From a virus (lineage: Duplodnaviria; Heunggongvirae; Uroviricota; Caudoviricetes), in IMG/VR virus record IMGVR_UViG_2541047682_000006: a DNA stretch of 42,540 nucleotides; one strand, written 5' to 3'. Below, one piece after another: positions 8,129-15,992 of this stretch (within the stretch, counting starts at the first letter, position 1; each line of letters opens with the position of its first letter). The position numbers were made by a program, and so were the translations under genes. The notes under the pieces were generated by a model, which did not search any database, was not told where the DNA came from, and worked only from the letters and a program-made list of their open reading frames with translations.

Positions 8129-10576
8129 TTAACCGTCATGCATCATGCTGGCACGGGCGCGCGCACGTTTATCCCGCTCGTATTTTTCGAGCGCATCCTG
8201 TAACTGGCGGTCAAGCTGTGTCCCCGGCGCAGTACCACCCGTCAGGCTGATGTGATATTCGTTTTTACTCTGGTCCACATAAGAGCGGCCAGCCGGTGCC
8301 GTGACCGGCTGATAAGCCTGATAGCCTGCATAAGAGCTGGTCGCCGGAATATAACCACCGGTGCCATACGTGGCGGCATGAGTTCTGGCGGCGGTCTGGT
8401 CAAGTGTGTCTGACTCTTTGTTGATAACACCGAGTTTTTCCAGTACCCAGTCAATACCGCTGCGCAGTTTGTTGAACGCATTAAGCGGCAGCATCAGCGC
8501 GTCAGCCAGTGCCTGCCCGAACATGACGCCCGTGTCACGGCAACGGTTCAGGGTGTCCCGGGTGGCTTTAACCGGAGCAATCAGGTTTGTAAACCACTGC
8601 CACGCGGCCTGTAACTTTTCGCCCAGCCAGTCAAACACCGGCTTAAGTGGCGTGAACAGCTCCCCCACCGGCGCAAATGCCGCTTTCAGCCCTTCAACCA
8701 CACCGCCAAAGAATGCGCTGACAGGCTCCCAGTATTTACGGATAAGCAACGCCCCGGCGACAATGGCAGCCACCACGGCCACAACCGGCCAGCTAATCGC
8801 CCCGATGGCCGTCATAACAGCACTGCCAACCGTCGTGAAGATTGCCCCCATTGCGCCTGCTGCCGCGATAATAGCATTGATGCCGGTGATAACCGGCCAG
8901 GCTACGAGGCCAATGGCACCAATGATGCCAGTCAGCGCCAGTGCACCACCGGCAATTAGGCCAATGGTTAACGCCAGTGATTTGTTTTTCTGGATCCAGC
9001 CGTCGAGTTTTAACACATACTTTGTGGCCGTCTGCGTGAGCTTACGCAGTGCGCCTTCCTGCTGGTCAAACAGGTCAGTCCCCACCGCCTCATAAGCGGA
9101 CTGAAACTCCTTAAAGTCACCGCCGAGGTTGTCCTGCATGATATTTACCAGTTCTGCGGTCTTTCCGTCTGAGGCTTTAAACGCAGCGGTCAGTTTGTCC
9201 AGCTTTCCGGTTGAGGCGGCAGTCATCAGCACGGCGGCGGCTGAACTGGCCTCCTCCCCGAAAATGGTTTTCATGTATTCAGCCTGCTGGGCAGTACCGA
9301 GCCGGTTTTTCTCAAAACTGGCCTGCATTTCTTTCAGAATGGTAAATACTGGTCGGGTGTTTCCCTTACTGTCTGAGGTTTTCACACCAAGCTCTTTGAG
9401 TGCATCCCATGCTTTTCCCGTCGGTGCCTGCAGGCGGCTTAACACGGCACGGCTTCCCGTTCCCGCCATTGAACCGGTAATTTTTGCATCATGCAGCGCC
9501 CCGACCATTGCGGCTGTTTCTTCAATGCTGACACCGGCATTTTTTGCCACAGGTGCGGCATAGGTCAGCGCATCGCTCATACCGTCAAAATCGGCGGCGG
9601 TTTTGTTCATCGTCATGGAGAGAACATCCCCGATATGAGCGACCTTATCGTTTGAAAGCTGAAAGGCGGATTTCATCCCCATCAGCAGGGCGGCGTTTTC
9701 TTCCATCGTGCGGCGGTTCGCCAGCGCCATATTCAGCGTGACCGGCGTTGCCGCCTGAATGGCATCAACATCCCCACCGGCTTTCGCAATGATAATCTGC
9801 GCACCGGCAGCATCATCCGCCGAGGCGGCTGTGTTGTCGCCGAGCTGGCGCGCCTGTTTGCGTAGCGCGGCCATTTCGGCAGAATCTTTTGCCACACCGA
9901 GCACGGCCTGTAATTCTGAGTTTTTCTGCGCAAACTCATAACCGGGCATCAGCAGCTTAACACCGGCCATCGTTCCCGCCGCCGCAATCCCCACACCGGC
10001 AGCGCCCACTGAGGCCATATTTCCGGCCAGTTCCTTTCCGGCCTGATAACGCTGTTTGACTGCGTTAAGTTTTGCCTGTTGCGCACTGACACGCGCCAGC
10101 GCGTCACGCTGCCGGTTAAGCTGGGCGGTGGTTTCACTGATACGGTTTTTCAGTCCCTGCTCATCATGTGCAAGATTGCGGGTATTAATTCCCACAGCGG
10201 CCAGTTCCCGCTGCTGGCGTTTAACGGAATCTGTCAGGCGGTTATATTTCGCCTGTAAGTCCTCCGCCGCACGCTTTGCGGATTCCAGCACTTTCGCCTG
10301 AGCACGGGTCGGGCGTTCGGTGTTTTTAAACTGTGTGGCAAGGGCTTCGGCCTGCTGCCGTGCCTTTTCAAGTGCATGACCAGTCACGGCGAGCTGTGCA
10401 CTGGTCTTGCGGAATCCCTCAATACGGGATGCGTGACCGTTCAGCTCGCGCAGTGATTTTTGTGTTTCCCGGATATCCCCCGACAGCAACTTACTCGCTG
10501 TGCGGATGGATTTAAACGGGCGGGACGCCTGGTCAACAGCCCTGAGCAATACCTGTAATTTTACATTGTTACTCAT
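8129..10576 (-). CDS. T: Tail tape measure protein (P2 gpT-like)
   Basis: 815-aa ORF with coiled-coil-rich N-terminal half and Gly/Ala-rich hydrophobic segment, downstream of E/E'. Confidence 0.85.
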   Translation of the reverse strand: MSNNVKLQVLLRAVDQASRPFKSIRTASKLLSGDIRETQKSLRELNGHASRIEGFRKTSAQLAVTGHALEKARQQAEALATQFKNTERPTRAQAKVLESAKRAAEDLQAKYNRLTDSVKRQQRELAAVGINTRNLAHDEQGLKNRISETTAQLNRQRDALARVSAQQAKLNAVKQRYQAGKELAGNMASVGAAGVGIAAAGTMAGVKLLMPGYEFAQKNSELQAVLGVAKDSAEMAALRKQARQLGDNTAASADDAAGAQIIIAKAGGDVDAIQAATPVTLNMALANRRTMEENAALLMGMKSAFQLSNDKVAHIGDVLSMTMNKTAADFDGMSDALTYAAPVAKNAGVSIEETAAMVGALHDAKITGSMAGTGSRAVLSRLQAPTGKAWDALKELGVKTSDSKGNTRPVFTILKEMQASFEKNRLGTAQQAEYMKTIFGEEASSAAAVLMTAASTGKLDKLTAAFKASDGKTAELVNIMQDNLGGDFKEFQSAYEAVGTDLFDQQEGALRKLTQTATKYVLKLDGWIQKNKSLALTIGLIAGGALALTGIIGAIGLVAWPVITGINAIIAAAGAMGAIFTTVGSAVMTAIGAISWPVVAVVAAIVAGALLIRKYWEPVSAFFGGVVEGLKAAFAPVGELFTPLKPVFDWLGEKLQAAWQWFTNLIAPVKATRDTLNRCRDTGVMFGQALADALMLPLNAFNKLRSGIDWVLEKLGVINKESDTLDQTAARTHAATYGTGGYIPATSSYAGYQAYQPVTAPAGRSYVDQSKNEYHISLTGGTAPGTQLDRQLQDALEKYERDKRARARASMMHDG

Positions 10577-10996
10577 TCGTGTTTCCGCTTCGCCTGAGCG
10601 CCTTTTCGCGCCATGTGATGAGTTCGGTCAGGCTCATGGGATACAGTTCTGATGGCGGCCAGTGAAATATCACTGCCACATCCGCCATCAGGTCATCGAC
10701 CGACAGATTTTTCGGAAGCGTCACTGCACCGAGTTCGGCGACAAAAAACCGACCACCTTACCGGCCAGCGCCACAAGGTCAGGCAGTTCCAGCGCGGCGA
10801 CTTCCTGCTCGGTCAGCATCGGTGCCGTCATGCGCGGCAGCACCTTAATCAGTGCATCGACTTCGGAGTTCGCGACCGCAGCCAGACTGACACCGCGCAG
10901 CGTCCCGGCATTAGGTTTCATCAGCGTGACCTGTTCGATAACCTGCTCACCACGCTTGACCGGATTGTCCAGGGTAATCACATTTTCTTTGTTCAT
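10569..10996 (-). CDS. E+E': gpE+E' programmed -1 frameshift product (tail assembly chaperone)
   Basis: Slippery heptamer TTTTTTG (mRNA sense; plus 10742-10748) inside E; manual translation of the -1 frame runs to a TAA at 10569-10571, overlapping the start of T, as in P2. Confidence 0.7.
10721..10996 (-). CDS. E: Tail assembly chaperone gpE
   Basis: 91-aa ORF ending ...VVGFLSPNSVQ; contains the slippery site for E+E'. Confidence 0.85.
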   Translation of the reverse strand: MNKENVITLDNPVKRGEQVIEQVTLMKPNAGTLRGVSLAAVANSEVDALIKVLPRMTAPMLTEQEVAALELPDLVALAGKVVGFLSPNSVQ

Positions 10997-11052
10997 GGTT
11001 TTCTCACTTCTGAATCGGGGTTAACCGGTCAGCCAGGCTGACCGGATGAAAA

Positions 11053-11571
11053 TCACAGGCCGATATTGCGGCGGTGTTGCTCCAGCCGGTCGACGCCGTT
11101 CACCTTCTCAATCATGTTGATGGTGTCGATTTCGACCAGCTCCTTACCGTCCATCGTCAGCCGGAAATAGGTGCAGACCACGGAGATTTTCGACTCGGTG
11201 TCTTCTCCCTGTTTGCCCTCGCCGGTGTCGATTTCTTTCTGACGTCCACGCATGACCACCTCGACGGCCACCGTTTCGCCGGTATCGTCGCGCTGGTAAG
11301 AGCCTGCAAAACGAATCGGTACGGAATCCACACCGGTTGCGGCGTAAAGCTCCCAGATAACCGAATCCGGGAAGCCACCGAGCGACCACTCCATTGACAG
11401 CGCATCGTCATCAAGGCCGAGGTCTACCGGTGCGCTGCCGTTCATCCCCGCACCGCGATAGTTTTCGAGCTTACGGGTCAGTTTTGGTAGCGTGACGGAC
11501 TTCGCGACGCCCTGATAGCTGTAGCCGTTCAGAAAGACGTTCATTAACTTGAGTTTGCGCGGCATTGCCAT
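11053..11571 (-). CDS. FII: Tail tube protein (P2 gpFII-like)
   Basis: 172-aa ORF, ATG at 11569-11571, immediately after FI. Confidence 0.85.
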   Translation of the reverse strand: MAMPRKLKLMNVFLNGYSYQGVAKSVTLPKLTRKLENYRGAGMNGSAPVDLGLDDDALSMEWSLGGFPDSVIWELYAATGVDSVPIRFAGSYQRDDTGETVAVEVVMRGRQKEIDTGEGKQGEDTESKISVVCTYFRLTMDGKELVEIDTINMIEKVNGVDRLEQHRRNIGL

Positions 11572-12776
11572 CGGTCAGGCTCCTTATAATTGCTGTTAAC
11601 CGAGGTGACCAGATTTGCCAGGTATTTATCGGTAATACGCTGGCGCAGGGTCAGGTTTTCAAGAGGAGGCACCGGTGTATAGTCGTAGTCGATATACAGT
11701 TTTCCGGCCTTGAGGGTTTCCGCATCGTTGGATTCTTCGCTGAACCAGCAGGTCGCATCCACGATATAGCCGTTTGTTTTCAGCTCACGGAATTTGGCAT
11801 TGATGCCGTCAACGATGTCGCGAATCAGCGTTGCGGTGATGGGCTTGTCCACCGCCCACATGTGCGCCTCAGCCATCGTGTCAGCCAGTACCTGCGCGGT
11901 GCGGGTGTAGTTTTCAAAGAGGAACAGCGGGTCATCAGAGCAGGTACGGTTACCCCAGAATCGGAAACCGTCGCGGCGAATCAGCGTAGTGACGCCTGAC
12001 TCGTTAAGCAGGTCAGCATCGGTGCCGGACTCCTGCAAATCCCAGAATACAGATGCGCTGATGCCGGTAACACCGTTTACCCCGACGTTGGACAGCGTTT
12101 TATGCCAGCCCTGCTCCTGGTCGATTTTAGCGCGCAGACCCAGCGCACGGGCGGTGGCATACGCGGTAGCGGTGGTACTGGTGACCGTATCCCATGCGAG
12201 GAAATCCGGCCAGATGACCATCAGCTCACGCTGGCTGAAATTCTGGCGGTAGGCTTTCACCTCGGAAATGGTCTTACAGCCCCATGCGCTGATATATCCG
12301 AAAGCGCGCAGCTTCTGACAGACGGATGCCAGTGCAACAGCCACCTCTTTGGTATCCAGTCCCGGCACACCGAGAATACGCGGTTTAACACCGGTTACCG
12401 ACTCCGCCGCCAGCAGGGCTTTTAGTCCGGTGTACTGACCGTTTTCGTCGGTGGTGCCGATGATATTGGAAACGGTCTGCGCGAGTTTCGTTTCCTCGTC
12501 ATCACCGGTGCAGTCTTCCACGCGCACGACAACGGTGACCGGTTTTGACTGGTCAGCGATGGCCTGCAACGATGCCGCCAGCGTGCCTTTTTTACCGGCC
12601 TTTGCAATTGCGCTTTGCACATTGGTAATCAGCACCGGTTTATTGAGGGGGAAGGTTTCCGCATCCGCATCGCTGGCCGTGCAGACCATGCCGACAATGG
12701 CAGTGGATACGGTGGAAATGACGCGGGTGCCGTCGTTAATCTCCAGCACCTGCACGCCATGATGATAGTCACTCAT
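11544..12776 (-). CDS. FI: Contractile tail sheath protein (P2 gpFI-like)
   Basis: 410-aa ORF, first gene of the FI-FII-E-T-U-D block; its 3' end overlaps the FII start by 28 nt. Confidence 0.85.
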   Translation of the reverse strand: MSDYHHGVQVLEINDGTRVISTVSTAIVGMVCTASDADAETFPLNKPVLITNVQSAIAKAGKKGTLAASLQAIADQSKPVTVVVRVEDCTGDDEETKLAQTVSNIIGTTDENGQYTGLKALLAAESVTGVKPRILGVPGLDTKEVAVALASVCQKLRAFGYISAWGCKTISEVKAYRQNFSQRELMVIWPDFLAWDTVTSTTATAYATARALGLRAKIDQEQGWHKTLSNVGVNGVTGISASVFWDLQESGTDADLLNESGVTTLIRRDGFRFWGNRTCSDDPLFLFENYTRTAQVLADTMAEAHMWAVDKPITATLIRDIVDGINAKFRELKTNGYIVDATCWFSEESNDAETLKAGKLYIDYDYTPVPPLENLTLRQRITDKYLANLVTSVNSNYKEPDRWQCRANSS

Positions 12777-12871
12777 CCGTTTAACTCCGTGGTTAATGGG
12801 TACAACTATTTTCTGTTGTGCAGAGCATAAGACGCTATTTGACCTGGCTGGTCAGTGGATGAAACAACAGA

Positions 12872-12899
12872 TAAAGAAAAGGCGGGCAATTCGCCCGCC
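12872..12899 (-). terminator. Rho-independent terminator (minus strand) separating the cargo/tail-fibre transcripts from the FI operon
   Basis: GC-rich stem GGCGGGC/GCCCGCC (12881-12899, 5-nt loop) followed on the minus strand by a T-rich run (plus AGAAAA at 12875-12880). Confidence 0.5.
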
Positions 12900-12962
12900 T
12901 GTCCTGATTTGTACTCACTCATTTTCCGCCTGACAATTTACATAGCCCAAATGCTATCAAAC

Positions 12963-12974
12963 CTGACAGTCTGC
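12963..12974. repeat. 12-bp repeat CTGACAGTCTGC (copy 1), at the left edge of the AT-rich cargo island
   Basis: Exact 12-bp inverted match to 15395-15406 and 11-bp direct match to 15273-15283. Confidence 0.6.
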
Positions 12975-13106
12975 TTTGAGCGAAAAGTGGACATTAGAGT
13001 TACAAAAGCAAGTTTAAATCATCCAAAATATTACAATGTCCTTATCTATCTGATATCGTTATGATAAAAAGCTCCTGAATATAATCGATAGTAGGTGGTT
13101 ATTTCC

Positions 13107-13484
13107 ATGAAATCAATTTTAGAGGTCTTTACTCAAGGAAATACTAAAGAAAAACTGGCTGTTATCGCCGATCTCACAACCATTGCGGGAATATCGATTG
13201 CAACTATTATTGCTGGTTTGTTAACCCTAGTTGCAAAAACAGATAAACTAGATGTTGGAAATCTGTTTGGAGTTGTCATAATATCTCTGCTCGGATTGGC
13301 TGGTGTTTGCTGTTTTGTGGCCTTATTTATTTGGGTTATAACCCAAATGTCTAAACCATGGGGAACACCTCGGGGGGTTCAGCCCTTAGTTAAGTGTGCT
13401 ATTTCCCTTATCTTTATCTGTATGTTTTTGCTGGCTGTCTTTACATTTTATGAGTTTATTTCTTCGATGAGCATACGCTATTGA
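13107..13484 (+). CDS. Small hydrophobic membrane protein (~125 aa, 3-4 predicted TM helices), hypothetical
   Basis: Track ORF 13095..13484 (GTG); ATG at 13107 with an upstream AGGTGG. Hydrophobic stretches IAGISIATIIAGLLTLVA, VVIISLLGLAGVCCFVALFIWVI, ISLIFICMFLLAVFTFY. AT-rich; convergent with the recombinase gene. Confidence 0.5.
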   Translation: MKSILEVFTQGNTKEKLAVIADLTTIAGISIATIIAGLLTLVAKTDKLDVGNLFGVVIISLLGLAGVCCFVALFIWVITQMSKPWGTPRGVQPLVKCAISLIFICMFLLAVFTFYEFISSMSIRY

Positions 13485-13506
13485 ATATAAAATCAGCCCC
13501 CATAAC

Positions 13507-14091
13507 TTAAAAGAGACCTTCTATATCGACTTCAATGCCCAAATAACGGACTGTGCTTTCCAGTTTCTTATGGCCCAACAGAAGTTGGATCACCCGGAGA
13601 CTCTTGGTTTTCTTGTAGATTAAGTAAGGTTTTGTTCTTCTCATGGAATGTGTGCTGTACAGCGAATCTTCGAGACCAAGCTTTTCTACCCACCCATGAA
13701 AAATTCGGTTGTATTGCCGGGTTGATATATGGTGGTTAGTTCCGACCCGAGAGCGGAACAGGAAGCCTTTACTATGCCAGTTGCCGAGCTTTATCAATGC
13801 AGTAACCGCTTCCCTTGTCCCTTTGGTTATCTCAAATTGGACAGGGCTGCCGGTTTTCTGTTGCAACACCGTTGCTCTGCTTGAGACAGAACTGCCATAT
13901 GCAGCATCTGATACTTTGAGTTTGACCAAATCACAGCCCCGTAGCTTAGTGTCCAAAGCCATGTTGAACAGAGCTAGATCGCGTGTTTTACCTTCCAACT
14001 CAAGTCTAATCCGGATCCCCCAGATATGAAATATCTGAAGTGGCCTTTTTTGACCGATGGTACGGTCTTTATTCCACGGTGACGTTTTCAT
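13507..14091 (-). CDS. Small tyrosine site-specific recombinase (FimB/FimE-like invertase/integrase catalytic domain, ~194 aa)
   Basis: Translation carries the tyrosine-recombinase motifs in order: Arg box (ALDTKLRGCDLVKLKVSD), HSMRRT (H-x-x-R), LLGH, and RYLG (nucleophile Tyr). ATG at 14089-14091 with AGGAG Shine-Dalgarno; the track ORF starts upstream at a TTG. Confidence 0.7.
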   Translation of the reverse strand: MKTSPWNKDRTIGQKRPLQIFHIWGIRIRLELEGKTRDLALFNMALDTKLRGCDLVKLKVSDAAYGSSVSSRATVLQQKTGSPVQFEITKGTREAVTALIKLGNWHSKGFLFRSRVGTNHHISTRQYNRIFHGWVEKLGLEDSLYSTHSMRRTKPYLIYKKTKSLRVIQLLLGHKKLESTVRYLGIEVDIEGLF

Positions 14092-14197
14092 ATTCAAATC
14101 TCCTGCAATGTGGGAGATTTGAGTATGGTTGTCTCTCAAGAGCGAAAATAAGTCAACTATCACTAGTTGTTGCGCATGTACGTATTCTGTCAATTAA

Positions 14198-15040
14198 TTA
14201 TTGACAATCATCAATTCTGGAATGATCAAAATCATCATATCGAATTATAGTCTGGTTGACTGTATCTATTGTTGGTGTCATTTCTGTTATAATATCCTGA
14301 TAACCTAAAGAGTTAAATACATTTACTAAGGCCTCACACCGAAGGGCCGTAGCAATTACAAAATTATAAATTGCCAGCCGTTTATTTTCTTGTTTAACTG
14401 CAAGAATGAATTCGATAGCAGTATTTTCATCACTTTGGATTGCATTATATAGAGATACTATATTTACCATATCATCAGAGAATGTATGTATTGAATCACA
14501 AAGGGGAACGTAATGGGCATGATAGTGTGTTTCCCAGCCAATTAATTCAAAAAGTCTTCTGGTTCCTGGATATTCAGGTGTATTTGGCCACAATCTATTA
14601 AATAGATCAGTTAGTTCTTTTCCCATGCGAATCCTTTCATTTGCTGCTGGATTAGTCATTCCTTTGGATTTTAAACACTCCAGCCACCGTTTTCCATTAC
14701 TATGAACTAATTTCTTACTAGCCTTGAGTAATGCTTGTGCATTTTCGCCATCATCTATTGCTATATAAAATTGATTGGCAGCCTGTTCTATTATAACCCT
14801 AGCTAATACTTCCGATGCTGAAAAGGCTCCTATATTCAAAGAAGAGATAGCCTGATTACTAAGTTCATTCAGTACATTAAAGTACTGTAAGACCATCAAT
14901 TTTTGTTCCACACCCTTTAGGTTGTCTATTTTATTTTTATGCTCCTCAAATTTTGCATGGATATATTTATTTATCGCGGCTATTTTTTTTACATCTTCGT
15001 CAAGATCAAACGGGCAACGTCCAAACAATTCTTTTTTCAT
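14198..15040 (-). CDS. Hypothetical protein (280 aa), AT-rich cargo gene directly upstream of the recombinase
   Basis: ORF with ATG start and AGGAG Shine-Dalgarno; 4-nt gap to the recombinase ORF; preceded by a 420-bp noncoding leader containing the repeat copies. Confidence 0.6.
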   Translation of the reverse strand: MKKELFGRCPFDLDEDVKKIAAINKYIHAKFEEHKNKIDNLKGVEQKLMVLQYFNVLNELSNQAISSLNIGAFSASEVLARVIIEQAANQFYIAIDDGENAQALLKASKKLVHSNGKRWLECLKSKGMTNPAANERIRMGKELTDLFNRLWPNTPEYPGTRRLFELIGWETHYHAHYVPLCDSIHTFSDDMVNIVSLYNAIQSDENTAIEFILAVKQENKRLAIYNFVIATALRCEALVNVFNSLGYQDIITEMTPTIDTVNQTIIRYDDFDHSRIDDCQ

Positions 15041-15272
15041 ATATTTCTCCTGTTGTACAAGCTTCCATAAGTTGGCAGATTATACACTGAAGATTACCTA
15101 TAAATAGCTGTGCGGGATAGCAGATCAGTGCAAGAAGTACAACCAAGTGAACTGTGCGTATTCAGATACCTGGCCTAACGTTCGCGATAGCCGTCCCCTG
15201 CACGAAGCCATATATTAGATGTATTAGCTCAGACCTTATCTGACAGGTTGAGTAGGTAGAATCTAATCAAAG

Positions 15273-15283
15273 CTGACAGTCTG
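15273..15283. repeat. 11-bp repeat CTGACAGTCTG (copy 2, direct)
   Basis: Exact 11-bp match to 12963-12973 and inverted match to 15396-15406; lies in the leader between the 280-aa gene and G. Confidence 0.6.
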
Positions 15284-15394
15284 GTTTGGACTGTGAGTTC
15301 AACCGATGGATGCAACACACAGCGATCTACGGACATTACTAGCATAGCTGTGTATTAATCATCGGGAAGCAGGTCAGTCCGCTCCTAGCACAGA

Positions 15395-15406
15395 GCAGAC
15401 TGTCAG
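15395..15406. repeat. 12-bp repeat GCAGACTGTCAG (copy 3, inverted orientation)
   Basis: Reverse complement CTGACAGTCTGC equals 12963-12974; with copy 2 it flanks a 111-bp segment. Confidence 0.6.
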
Positions 15407-15461
15407 ATTAGGCTTTACTCTGTGCTATAGATACGTTAGCTCACTCCAGAGATCATACAAC

Positions 15462-15989
15462 TTATTGCGGCATTTCCGGCCATTCAGGATTTGCAGGATC
15501 CACACGGCTGACCAGAACACTGTAGCGTTCCCATGCTTCCAGTCGGCTACGCTCCTCATCTGTTGCCATATTCAGTCTGACAGAGCGTTCCAGTGGCTGA
15601 ATGATAGTTTCAGCTTCGGAAAGCAAAGCTGACTTCTGTAATTCCGCCAGTTGCAGCTGTTCGTCTGCCGTATAAATCCGCTTAATCACGGCACCATCCT
15701 TAAACATCCATTTACCTGAGTCATCAGCACGTCGGTTGGCGGTAATATCAGGAACCTCGACAACGCTAAAACCTTCAGGGTTGAGCGTTGAAGCATCTCT
15801 GGTGATGCCGACAATTATATTATTCTCATCGTAAACAATCTTTATCGTGTCTTCCTGAAAATTACTTACTTCCTCATACCAGTTTTTTCCCTCTTCGGAC
15901 CATAACCAGATAACATCAAAATTTTTTGTCAGTTGATATTGGGCAACAGTTTTTGGATTACCCGCAGTAATATTTTTTAAATGCTGCAT
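15462..15989 (-). CDS. G: Tail fibre assembly chaperone (P2 gpG-like)
   Basis: 175-aa ORF immediately downstream of H, at the P2 position. Confidence 0.8.
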   Translation of the reverse strand: MQHLKNITAGNPKTVAQYQLTKNFDVIWLWSEEGKNWYEEVSNFQEDTIKIVYDENNIIVGITRDASTLNPEGFSVVEVPDITANRRADDSGKWMFKDGAVIKRIYTADEQLQLAELQKSALLSEAETIIQPLERSVRLNMATDEERSRLEAWERYSVLVSRVDPANPEWPEMPQ

Positions 15990-15992
15990 AAA

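Noticed and set aside
6691-11041. Numerous plus-strand ORFs (for example 7016..7588, 8406..9095, 10652..11041) antisense to D, U, T and E
   Set aside because: They are embedded in and antisense to well-supported P2 late genes, lack ribosome-binding sites, and are the usual spurious frames in GC-rich coding DNA.
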